A stretch of 64,000 nt of DNA from the human T2T-CHM13v2.0 reference genome, Homo sapiens: assembly GCF_009914755.1 (NCBI RefSeq), contig NC_060926.1; one strand, written 5' to 3'. Within the stretch, counting starts at the first letter, position 1. Each line of letters starts with the position of its first letter. A program made the position numbers and the translations under genes. The notes beneath the pieces are model-generated. The model searched no databases, was not told where the DNA came from, and was given only the letters and a program-made list of their open reading frames with translations. Shown one piece after another: positions 1 through 17,070 of this stretch.

Positions 1-3702
<3,702 letters not shown>

Positions 3703-4132
3703 TGTTGCAGAACTTTCTCCTTAGTTCCACCAAAACGGGGTTTTTGTCACTTGACCAGGAAAGATTAGATTGGTAGACACATAAAAGGGTGAGGAGCGGA
3801 ATTTATTGGGAGAAAAGGAAAAAAAGAAAGAACTCAGCAAAGTGAGATGGAGTCCTGCTAACAGGCCCTCTACCTCACCGATTGATTCCCAGGTCACCAC
3901 ACGAGCTAAAGAGAGCAGGCTACTTCCCTGCATAAGGCGTGAATTCCCCGTGGCTCCACCCATTTCCCCCAGTGCTCGTGTCTGGCTCCAGTCTGCTGTG
4001 GGGATGCCCATACAAGCCTAGGGCACAATTGTTGCCTAATCTGCACAAAGCATCTGATGTAAACACTTGTGGGGCAGGTCAGAGATTCTCTGGGGACCCC
4101 CTTTTTATCTGCCTAGGCGTTTGGCTATCTCA
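3703..4132 (-). mobile_element. MER61-family ERV1 LTR (5' LTR of the antisense provirus)
   Basis: TG...CA termini (- strand TGAGATAGCCAAA...CTGCAACA). AATAAA on - strand (tttatt ~3802-3807). Matches recalled MER61 motifs GGGTGGAGCCACGG and TAGCAGGACTCC. Confidence 0.75.
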
Positions 4133-4353
4133 GTAGCTTTTAGAATCTGGTGAAAGCTCTGCATTTTCTCCCCAGTAAACTGCAAGATGCATATACAGCA
4201 TGCTGCCTACAATTTCAGGGTATTTCCATGCTCTGCTCAAAACAGTTAAGAACCTTTGACTTAGGATGGCTTGTAGCAAACCCAAACCTGCACGTTGACT
4301 TCTGCAATTAGTAAGAGTCATCTTTGGAAATCCTTAAGTTGATGAAAAAGTAT

Positions 4354-4828
4354 TGTAGCAGGACAAGCCGCAGACAAAACTCCTCAGACACCGAGTTAAA
4401 GAAGGAAGTGGTTTATTCCGCCGGGAGCATCGGGCAAGACTCCTGTCTCAAGAGCCGAGCTCTCTGAGTGAGCAATTCCTGTCCCTTTTAAGGGCTCACA
4501 ACTCTAAGGGGGTCCGCGTGAGAGAGTCGTGATCGATTGACCAAGCAGGGGGTACGTGACAGGGGCTGCATGCACCGGTGGTCAGAGTGAAACAGAACAG
4601 ACCGGGAAGTTTCACAGTGTCTTTTCTATACAATATCTGGAATCTATAGATAACATATCCGGTTAGGTCAGGGGTCAATCTTTAACTACCAGGCTTAGGT
4701 CAGGCAGGCCCAGGCCTGGTTTCGGGTCTGGTTCCTAGGCACCGGGCTACCTGCCTTTTGTTTTGCTTTTCTTTTCTGAGTATAAAACAATATAAAACAA
4801 TATGAGAGGGTCTGTCTCTCTTCTCTCA
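4354..4828 (-). mobile_element. LTR2B/LTR2C (HERV-E/Harlequin) solo LTR
   Basis: TG...CA termini and a 4-bp TSD GTAT (4350-4353, 4829-4832). The - strand starts TGAGAGAAGAGAGACAGACCCTCTCATATTGTTTTATATTG. AATAAA on - strand at 4412-4417. Many CpGs retained. Confidence 0.85.
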
Positions 4829-5559
4829 GTATAACTGCTTTATGTACTCAAACTTCAGTTAAGATACAATATATGACAAAGAACAAATATGCAAAATAAA
4901 ATTAGTGTTTTTAATTACAGACAAAAAAGAGAGAAGAGCATAAAGTTGCTGAGAGCCTAAAATTGAACATTAAAAAGTTAATAAATGCACTTATGATGCA
5001 ACTTCACTCCATAAACTTTATCTGCAATGGCAGTTCTAGGAAGAACTGCTGGTTGGGCTTCTGATACGTGCTAGCACTGGAGAAATCACTGAAATTTATT
5101 CTCTCTCAGGTATCAAGGGCATCCATCTTGCCTCTCCCGGTTTTTCCTTATCCTCAAAATGCACATTAAAAACATAGACAATATTCATATAAAGTGAAAA
5201 ATATCCAATAAGTTGCCATTATTATTTATATGCTTTTTCTTTCCAAAAATATTCTTTGTAAAAAATTTCTAATTGTGCTTTATATTTTATTTTTATTTTA
5301 TATTTGGCAATTAAAAAGTTAGCATTTTGAACATGCACTTTCACTCATAAATCATCACCTCAAATAAAAAATACATACGCAAAGAATTAGATTAGACTGG
5401 GTAATGGAAATGTGAAGTCTGAGTATTCCAAGCTGGAGTTTTGTAATCTGCAAATTTACTACATTGAATCAGTATCAGTCTGCTTTTCTTAATTTCTTTT
5501 TCTTTTCTTTTTCACATGTGGTCTCCTGCTCTCCCTGTGTCTGGCACCTCTTCTTGCAG

Positions 5560-5664
5560 CTGTGTAATGGGGGCTCAGTCACTGAGCTTGTCAAAGGTCT
5601 ACTCAGATGTGGCCAGCGGTTGGATGAAGCAATGATCTCATACATCTTGTACGGGGCCCTCTTG
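5560..5664 (+). CDS. MYO3B: Myosin IIIB kinase domain exon (probably exon 4), [35 protein letters not shown]
   Basis: ttcttgcag acceptor, gtaaga donor, 105 nt, phase 0/0. Peptide matches the recalled human MYO3B kinase subdomains V-VIa. Confidence 0.96.
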
Positions 5665-5909
5665 GTAAGAACATCTATCAAATGGGGTATGACAGCAGAT
5701 GGGATGGTTTGTTCATTGCTTGGGTCCTTATTGCATATTAACAATGGGGAAACTGCCCTATGATATGCAAGGATTACTAACAGCAGGAAGGTGTAGCCAA
5801 ATGTAGACTTTCATGAGACTTTTCAATAGTAGGGTAATTGCTTTAAAATAAGCATGTAAATTTCCCCTTTCTCTTTCCTGTTGTTTGGTGGTGGTGGGAT
5901 GCCATGCAG

Positions 5910-6009
5910 GGCCTTCAGCATTTGCACAACAACCGAATCATCCACCGTGATGTGAAGGGGAATAACATTCTTCTGACAACAGAAGGAGGAGTTAAGCTCG
6001 TTGACTTTG
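5910..6009 (+). CDS. MYO3B: Myosin IIIB exon (probably exon 5), [33 protein letters not shown](G)
   Basis: tgcag acceptor, gtaatg donor, 100 nt, phase 0/1. Contains the HRD catalytic loop and the DF of DFG. In frame with the previous exon. Confidence 0.96.
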
Positions 6010-7504
6010 GTAATGACTGCTTGTCGTTTGTTTTCTTGATGTGTGCAGTTTAGCCAAAGGGGACAATTTATTGCAATCTCAGAAGACTGGGGCTTCTCTG
6101 CTACACCATAGGCTGAGGGACTTTTCCAGTCAAACACAAGCTGGAGGGGGTGGGGGCTCCAGATGGATCACCCTAGGAGATGCTGTTTGCTAATCTAGTT
6201 TCAGCTTTAGAAGCAATTTTATAAAGATTGAAAATAAAAGTGTTTCAAAAGAAGAACTTGATGGAAAAACTTTTCGGTTTTCTGCTAAGAATTTCACATC
6301 TCAGGGCAATTGTCTATAATTTACATTTTGTCATTTCTTCTTTTGCATATGAAAAGAGAAAGCAGTTTGGTCTTTCAAATGACTTTCACTAGCCTTAGGC
6401 ATACTTATTCCCAGGGAGCAGAAGGTAAAATAGTCCTCTGGGCCTGGGAGCTAACATCCTTTTAAATTGTGTTTACTGCTGCTACATGTGAGGCTGGTTG
6501 AACTGGAAACATTAACGGGAAATGGAAGTGTGAGAGGAAATGCAGGGCAATATCACCTAAGGCCAGAGAACTATTAAATATCCCCTTGTAATATCATATG
6601 TTGATATTCACAAAACAACAAACCATTTGGTTTTTTTTTTAAGTTTATTGAAGGTTTAGTCTTCTAAATGAGTTCAGCAATAGTACTTCAGAGTCATTGT
6701 TACAAATAATGAGAAAACATTTAGTGAAACACTTTAAACGTGTTTTTTTAAAAGAATATTTATTGTCTTATTGCTAAGAAAGAGTTCAGTGTAAACATGT
6801 ATCAGTTTATCACTTGCTCAGAAGAAATTACTTAAAAATAAATGAGGTTGGTTTAGACGTACTAGTCTATTTTTACTGAAACACAAGCAAAGAAAAATAG
6901 CAGAGGGAGCATTTTGTTTAAGTCTTATGCTCCTCTTTATAAGGAATGATATAACTCCAATAATATGCTGTGTGTATGACATTTGAATTGTTTTTGCACG
7001 TGATTCTGGGGACTGTAAATATGTTGTGAGGGGAAACAGACTGAAAGGATGAGGATGGGGTGGGAATTGATACTGATGTATTCACTCAGCAGCTTTGCGA
7101 TTTGACATAGAGTAAATGTTCCTAATCTTTCCATTAGAAGGTTCCTGAACTTTCAGTGGCTGCAAAAGAAATGTCTAGAAATTAAAACCAGAAAGGTATA
7201 GTTGTTTTTACCAAAATTGTGGTGGAGGACTTGGTAAAATGGGAAATTATCTAGGTCAAATAGACTTTAAAGAGCTTCTTGGCTCTCTAATAAAGAGAAT
7301 GTCCGCAGTGAACACAACAGTCATCCCCCAATAAACCCACAGATCCTTGGCAAATCTATGCTCATGTTTCAAAGGTGTGTCCTTTGCTAAGAACACATAG
7401 TGTTCAGTTTCTAAGTTTTTGTCATCAATGACATTAGTGGCAACCCTTGTCATTCTCTTAAGGTCTATGTGAGACTTCTGTGTGGTATAAAAGAATACCT
7501 TATG

Positions 7505-7700
7505 TGTGTAAAATGCTTTGCAATTTATAAAGCATTTTCACATTTGTTCTCCTATTTGGTCTTAAGAAGAACCCTCCGTGTTAGGTGTGACTGTTGTGAT
7601 TATCCCTAGTTTAAAGATGAAAAAACTGAGGCTCAAAGGTGAAGCAATCACATAATTAGTAAAAAGCATAATTGGGATGGAAAACATTGATTTTTAATCC
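7505..7700 (-). mobile_element. MIR fragment
   Basis: MIR core-like tttaaagatgaaaaaactgaggctca. Boundaries approximate. Confidence 0.6.
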
Positions 7701-8125
7701 TGTGGACCTTTACGCTCTCGTGATATGAAGAAGACAGTTGGTTAAAGGACATTGGAGTTACATTAGAATTCAGGTCCCCAACATTGAGCCCCAGATAATG
7801 TTATTAGTCATTTTCTTTTTCCATTTGACAAACACAGCTTTCTTGCCAGGTTTCCAGGCTTCTAGGCAAGATAAGGCACTGAAATCTTTTTATGTCTACA
7901 CTGATGCTCTGTTACAGATAGTGCAGCCGATCTTCTTTCTCCATAAAATGAAGCCCCTTATTAAGAAAGAAGTCATGTGAAATAATTTGGAAATATAATA
8001 GGATGATATTTTGGATTGATCCTAGTTGTTGATATTTTTCTTTTGATTTTTGCAGTGATATAGACAGGGATGTCCATTAGGGAAAAAAAAAAATCCTAAT
8101 GATTTAAATAGAGTGATAAATGCTC

Positions 8126-8460
8126 CAGAGTTGTAGTTTGGCAACTACAGCTAGTGAGCCAAATATGACCTACCTCCTATTTTCATATGGCCTATGAGCT
8201 AGGAATGGTTTTTACATTTTTAAATGATTGGAAAAAAAAAACCCAAAATATTCTGTGACGTGAAAATTATATGAAATTCAAATTTCAGCATCTATAAATA
8301 AAGTTTTATTGGAATGCAGCCACATTCATTCATTTATGTGTTTACTATGGCTGCTTTTGTACTATTGCAGCAGAACTGAGTAGTTGTGACAGAGACCATA
8401 TGGCCCACAAAGCCTAAAGTACTTATTTGGCCTTTGTGGAAAAAGTCTGCCGATTGCTGG
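8126..8460 (+). mobile_element. MER58B-like hAT-Charlie DNA transposon
   Basis: gagctaggaatggtttttacatttttaaatg, aataaagttttattggaa and gagtagttgtgacagagaccatatggccc match recalled MER58B. Ends about 50 nt upstream of the next exon acceptor. Confidence 0.75.
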
Positions 8461-8495
8461 TCTAGCATCATACTTTGCTCACTTTTGAATTCTGA

Positions 8496-8681
<186 letters not shown>

Positions 8682-10079
8682 TAGGGAGAACAAAGTCCAT
8701 TATCCTCATTGAACTTTAAGAGTACTAGTTTGGTCAGCGATGCTGGTGAGATGTAACCTCAGAAAAGCAAGATTAAGTTATAGCTATCCCACAGGGCACC
8801 TTCATGCAATTAGAAGAAAGTGTCCCTCCAGAAGATGCAGCCCCCTCCAAGGGCCATGTCTTGGCAAATTCATCAGCCCTTGTATAAATTAGAAAAAGTC
8901 AACTTCCCTGGATACATGCAGCCCCAGAGGTATATGGCTTTGTGAAGAGCCAGATTTCAGCACCAACTGGCCTACAGAACTATATGCGGTGGCCCTGGTT
9001 GTTTTTTTGTTACCAGATACATAGCAACTTATCTTGTGTACTTTGTCGGCTCTCTGTAGTGAAACATGGGATTTATTCCTAATTTAGGTTTGGCATCATC
9101 ACAGAACTCTCTGGAAAATGACGCATGTAGAAGTTTGGGGAACCTTCCAGCTAGATGAGTCTTGCTCTGAAACACCAGTGCAGTTTAGTTTTTCAGGTCA
9201 TTTAATTCCACAGTATGCTGACCTTTGCCTGAGAGCAGCTTTCTGGATTAAACAAATGGGTTCTTTTAATAAAAGGACTCAGATGGTCACCTCCTTAGAT
9301 GTCTTTCCATCTCTGCATGATGGTATTTCCTCTGTGTGACTGCCAAAGTGGTCTCCTAACAAAGTAAGTGGTTCACACTAATCTCTGCTTAAATTTCTTC
9401 AGTGACCTCCCCCGCCTCCCATCATCTATGGCTCTTTCTTTCATACTGGGTAATGGATAGGCCCATTTTAAAGAAAAAGAAAAATGCTGCAATTTCCAGT
9501 GTTTACCTAAATCTTAAATATTTCTTAAATAGGTTTTACAAAACATAAAACTAGATATAAACTCTTTGTCATTTTTATTTGCAGAAGTATAAAACCAAAA
9601 GGAAAAAAATGTATTATGAAAAAAAGCTATTATACAATGCCAGTAACATTCAAGTAAGCAGCTCTACTTTTATGAGACAAATGATACTGTTTTGTGACTC
9701 TCCATTGTCCTTTGCAGTGTGCTTATGTTTCAGGACACAATAGTATGGGTTATTTTCAGTCTGGCACACCTACAACCACGTACCATGCGGCTACTCAGTT
9801 CTCCTACTACTTTATTCCATTTCAGCTAGCATAATCTGTTTGTTCAAACAGCACCTCTTTTGATCTCCAACTGTTACATCTGTGTTGGCTTGGTGCCAAC
9901 TTAATAGTAAACATAATATGAACACTGTGTGACAAATAGTCATCCAGATGATCTAGACTATGTTTTTACTCCTCCTTCTCCCATTATTATTATTATTAAT
10001 ACAATTATCACTGAAACAAAACCAAAAACATAAAAAGTTATCTAGGGACTTTGTGAATCCCACTTTGAGAAGCACTGCA

Positions 10080-11006
<927 letters not shown>

Positions 11007-11169
11007 TCAACTAATATTTGGGGTGATATAACACGGAAGATGGTATTCCTGTTCTACTCTAGAGCAAATTGGTATTTTCAAAATCACAAAATATAATTAA
11101 GAGAAGCATTTTCTTGGCTTTGTACATTTATGTATAAATGGCTTTGTACATTTATTAAGAGGTGTTTGT

Positions 11170-11504
<335 letters not shown>

Positions 11505-11536
11505 TTAACTGGATTGAATAAAATATGTGGAGTGTT

Positions 11537-11971
<435 letters not shown>

Positions 11972-12923
11972 TTAAGGTATGGATACCTTGACAGCACGTT
12001 GCAGGAGTGAATGTCTGACTGTTCAAGTGCAGGATTCTCTCAGGATGTGTGATTGTGTCCAGTATGCTCTGGGACCCAGGCTGTAGCTCTTGGGAATCAG
12101 GCCTGCACTATTCTCACATTTTTATTTTCTAAATGGAGAAGCATTTTTTCCAACAAAGTCTCTTTTTGCGCCATAATCCTCCATAGGAATGTCCACAAGA
12201 ACAACCTTCCATTTTTCAATTCAATTCAACAAGCATTTATATTGTCCATCTGAGCAATGCTTTGGGTCAAGAACAGTCCTTGAAAGTATAATCAGTAATG
12301 GTTCAAATTAACACTGTCTTCATATGATGGCCTGTGTGGTATATTGATCCTGATATGCTTTCACTTCTGCTTGTATGAATAAGTGGTCTTTAGATTAAAT
12401 ACGACAATGCACGCAATACCAATGCCAGTGGAATAAGAGCATTGCAGATGACTTGTGCTTTATTTTTAAAATGCAGCTGAGAGATCCTTGATCCTATTTT
12501 ATTTTTGAGGAATTGAACCAAATTGTTTTTTCCCTTTTTTATTTCCATTTTTATTCCACAAGCTTGAGTAAGTGTAATATTTAATTCAGGTAGCTATTCT
12601 ACAAACCAGGTAGCTAATGGAATGTGACCACAGTACAATCAAATGTTGATGAGCAGTCAAGACACACAGTTCACTGGGGCACCTCAAAGCTGCAGCATGA
12701 AATGACTATCATATTGTCAATACTCCCTACTCATTTTCTCTTACTACCTCATTTGGACACTACTAAAGTTGAAAGATACTGGCAGAGTAGTATCAACTCA
12801 GCAGTGTAGGAGAAGAGTTCTGTGGGATGCCCTTAGTGTATTAGAACTTTGAAACAATACTACTGGGGAAATCAATTGCTTGGCATAATAAAAGGGTTAA
12901 TCTAAAAGTCAAGATCAGTAGAA

Positions 12924-13051
12924 TTTTTTTTTAAAAAGATGGGGTCTTACCATGTTGCCCAGGCTGGTCTCCAACTCCTAAGCTCAAGCATTCCTTCTGC
13001 TTCAGCCTCCCGAGTAGCTGGGACTACAGGGCATGCCCCAACATGCCTGGC
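12924..13051 (-). mobile_element. FLAM (free left Alu monomer)
   Basis: About 130-bp monomer with a T-tail on the left. TSD-like AAGATCAG..AATTTT on both sides. Confidence 0.75.
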
Positions 13052-13515
13052 TTAAGATCAGAACAATTTTTTATAAACTAAACACACTGTATGTGAGTAG
13101 CATACTGTGACTACAGGAAAGATTATCTTAAGAGAGAAAGAAAAATTTCACATGGAGACTATTTAGGAGATTATCATGAGCAAAATAACTTGAACAATAG
13201 ATAATTAAGTTTCTCGTGTAATAAGATCAGAGGTAGTTTGTTCCGGAGTTTGTTGATTTAGCAGCTCATAATAATAGAGTCATGAAAACTTCCGATTTTT
13301 AAATCTCCCTGGCTATGACTGCTGCAAGCTGCATGGCTTCATTGTTCTGGGACTGACTTTAGGGCAGTTATGACAACAGTGCCTGTGAATATCTGAGGGG
13401 CAGTAGTGGCTCCAACATGCCAATAGCCACAGGTGAAGGCACTCATGGTGCAACCAAACAGCGAGAAGTTAAAGTGGGTTTTCCTCCTCTCTTGGGGTTG
13501 AAGACTTTTCCACCC

Positions 13516-13979
13516 TATATTTATTTTCCCGGTCTGCTGTAATCAAGTAGTACAAACTGGGTAGCTTTAAACAACAGAAATATATTATCTCACACTTCTG
13601 GAGGCTAGAAATCTGAAACCAAGATGCCAGCAGGCTTCCTCTGAAGCCTCTAGGGGAGGGATCTTGCTTTGTCTCTTCCCAGCTACTGGAGGTTTGCTGG
13701 TGATCTTTGGTGTTCCCTGGCTTGCAAGCTGCGTAACTCCAGTCTCTGCCTTTGTAGTGCCGTGGTATTTTCTCTGTGTGTCTTCACATGTCCATGACTT
13801 CTTATAAGAACACCAGTCCCGTCGAATTAGAGGCCCACCCTACTCCAGTATGACCTCATCTGAATTCAACTAATTGTATATACAGTGACCCTATTTCCAA
13901 ATAAGTTCACGTTCTGAGATTCTGGGGGCTAGGACTTAAATGTATCTTTTTTTTGGAGGACACAGTTCAACCAATAACA
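13516..13979 (-). mobile_element. MLT1C-like MaLR LTR
   Basis: aaacaacagaaat...tctcacacttctggaggctagaa and gaccctatttccaaataag are MaLR hallmarks. Confidence 0.75.
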
Positions 13980-15319
13980 AGCTCCCAAATACTAATATTT
14001 AGCACCCTTCCTTTGTATTAAATCATTCAAGTTTCCAAGGTAATTAGTCAACTATTTAGAACCTGCAGGGCTGCAGGTTATAGATGCTAGCATAGTGAGA
14101 GGCTCAGCTTTGCCTGTTTACACACACATACACAACCACCTCCCCTACTCCACACACACCACACACATAGACTGTCTGCACTCTCTCAGCCTTTGGTGTT
14201 TGAGGCAAACGTGGTTCTTTCTGAAGGTACAAAGCATACCAAATTGCCTTCCTGTGTGGGCGCCCAACACCCCCAGACTTTTGTTCTCTCCTACCTACTC
14301 TCAGGCAAAGCATTTTTAAAATTATTATTATCTCCCGAGATGTTTGGCCAGCTCATAGTCACTTCCTTGAACCTTCTCTTTACCTGATTAAGCCTCTCTG
14401 GTCTCCTGACCTAAAACTTTAGCCTGCATTTTATGCACTTAAAAAAACTCACAAAAACAACACAGTCTTCCTATTAGCCATGTTTATTATCTCTTTTCTC
14501 CTCCACTATCTCCTGACAGCCAATTTCTTATAGTAAGTAATATGAATAATAGTATCCCACATTTGCGTAGAATTTTTACAAATAGTATTTTAAAAACACT
14601 GTCATCTACCTGTGAGAGTGCCACTCGGGCATGATTACATTGATGTTGTAGATAAAGAATCTAAGGCTTTGTCAGGCCAAGTGTCCATAGACACAGAGTG
14701 GGTAGGTGGGTAATGGTGACTGGAATCCATATTTTGTGACTTATTCAACTAAGGGATTTCCAATGTAACCCGTGTCCGCTGTTAATATTGCTCAACCAAT
14801 TTTTATATCAAACACATGCCAGGTAATATCCTGGCCTATAGCAAAAGGGATACAAGCCTAGTTTATGTTGATTAATGGTAATGGCAGGGGGTTAGGGGTA
14901 GTTGATACCTAAAAAACTTTTTCTACCATCACATATAGCAAAGAATTAAACTCAGTGTTTGTAAGTGACTGAAACCCAAGAGAAAGAACCAATGTTGTCA
15001 TTATCATTTTTATTGAGGACACCAGTAGACTTTGAAAATAATGGCTTATATTTAGCTGATGTACACTGTGTGGCCAGGCTGGTTGTTAAGATATTAAACT
15101 ATTCATTCTGGATGGTAAATGGCTGCCATCCAGAGCCCCTTGAGTGCTCCTCAGCCACCAGAGGTGCCCTGTCTTTTACCCTGGGACATTTCTGACCTGA
15201 TGATCCAGTAACTATGGGGGGAAAGGTCTGTTTGACAAGCAGGGATGGCCAGTGCCACATGCCACCTGATTGTCAGATATTTTGAACATTGCACTTGCTA
15301 AGCAGAGGCATAGTGGGAA

Positions 15320-15590
15320 GGAAACTTTCACTTACTGAGGACTGACTCTATACCAGGGACTATGATAGGGGCTTTTAAAATATTTTATTTCATTTTCACA
15401 ACAGCTCTCAATAGTGGATGTTATTTTCTCCATTTGATCACTGAGGAAAGTGAGGCTTAAAGAGCTATAGGAGGAATCGAGCCCAAATTCACATACCTAG
15501 TAAATATTGAAGCTGTTTGGCTTTTCAGAGAGCATGGGAATGCAAGTCCCATTTTGCAGATGAAGAAACCAAGGCAGGGAAAGGATACTT
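15320..15590 (-). mobile_element. MIR fragments
   Basis: Cores ctgaggaaagtgaggctta and cccattttgcagatgaagaaaccaaggc. Boundaries approximate. Confidence 0.6.
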
Positions 15591-15924
15591 GTACTCTCAC
15601 TTTACAGTGTGTTCATATGGGATATTCATTGTGGAAAATGTGTACCAGCTAACTGAGACACCAGCTCATATAACAAAGACACGCAGAGATATAGTGGAAG
15701 TATACTCTGAATTGGAGTGTGAGACATCATTTTAAAAGATGCACATGAAGGACCTATCACCTATAATTTATAGGTTGACTACACTTTGCAATTCCGCCAT
15801 GCATTAAGGATCTAGTATATGCAGCATCTTCCTAAAACAGCTAACGGTCTGTTTCTGTACTGGAAAACAGTCTTGTGGATAAAATAAACATTTGCTTCTT
15901 TTCAGAAAATTCTCCCCCTCTTTA

Positions 15925-16125
15925 CTTCCATCTGCTCATTGTTGCAAACAAGAGCTAATCAGCTGAGCAGAGAAACAGATGTGCTGTGACGGCTCCAAAA
16001 ATGGGTCTCTCTCTGCCTGGCAAAGGGTCGTTGACAAGGGACGGTTGCCATAACAACTAGCTTACACTAATGCAGAAATATCGCAAGCTTTTTGCAGCCA
16101 CTCTTGCCTTTGTTAATTATGCCAT
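15925..16125. promoter_or_regulatory. Candidate intronic enhancer (E-boxes, SOX, RFX X-box, POU4F motif)
   Basis: Motif cluster in sequence that does not look like a repeat; see finding. Motif evidence only. Confidence 0.35.
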
Positions 16126-16309
16126 TCCTAGTAAATGATACGATAATGCTATTTCCTTTGGCATTGCCAGGGCTAGAGATGACAAATGAGATATTTTGTG
16201 TCAAAGGGCTGAGAAAGACATACAACACTATAGAGTTGAATTATTATTATTGTCATTATTACCATTTTGTTCCCTAAGCTCTAGCTAATGGGTTTGGTTC
16301 CCAAATAAG

Positions 16310-17070
16310 AGCTAGCATTTAGCGAGTGCTTACTATGTGTTAGGTGCTAAGTGAGTTGTGTGTATTAACTCATTTATAAATCTTACAACACTACCAAAAA
16401 GGGGGTGCTATTGCTAGTCCAATGTTTTAGGTGAAGTAGATGAGTCACAGAAAGTAATTATTCTTGTCCTTGGACAAGTTATTAGGTGATGCCACCAGAG
16501 TTTGAACCCAGATATTTGTCTCCAAAGTCCTTACTTTTAACCACTATACCACAGCAAATTATTTAATTGTGACAACCAGTGTACCAGATAAGTCATGAAT
16601 TGTTTTTTCCCCCAATTCTTAACATAGATGAGAATTATCCTTCCTAATATATGAAGGAAAATGTAGTATTTCAATCTGATGCTAAAAGCCAGTGTAATTA
16701 ATGCCCAAGAGAAGGATATGGAAAAAATAAAATAAAGTTCTTTAGAATTGAATTTAGGAGATTTACATTTTACTCTTGGCTCTGCCACTCATTTTCTAGA
16801 AAATGATTGTGGTTCAGTTATTTTAATATGGCTTCAGTTTGAATAAAAAAGCACAAATTTTAGAGTCAGATAGATTTGGGAGCAAATCATAGATACCTGC
16901 TACCCATATAACCAGTAACCTCAGGCAAGTTACTTAATATTTCTGACTAGTAAAATGGGGAGAAGTTAAAAGAGGTAAAATGGGGAGAAAAAAACCTGCC
17001 TGAAAAGATAAAATGAAATAATGTACTGCAACTGTTCAGGGCAGTGCCAGACGCAATAGGGGCTTCTAAC
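16310..17070. mobile_element. Cluster of MIR fragments (both orientations)
   Basis: gctagcatttagcgagtgcttactatgtgt...tttgaacccag (-) and tagagtcagatagatttggg...ggcaagttacttaa...taaaatgggg (+). Boundaries approximate. Confidence 0.6.

Noticed and set aside
5464-5763. 99-aa ORF treated as a standalone gene
   Set aside because: It is MYO3B exon 4 plus read-through into the flanking introns.
8808-8925. Degenerate repeat AATTAGAA..AAAGT...ATGCAGCCCC occurring twice
   Set aside because: Too short and too diverged to distinguish from chance by eye.
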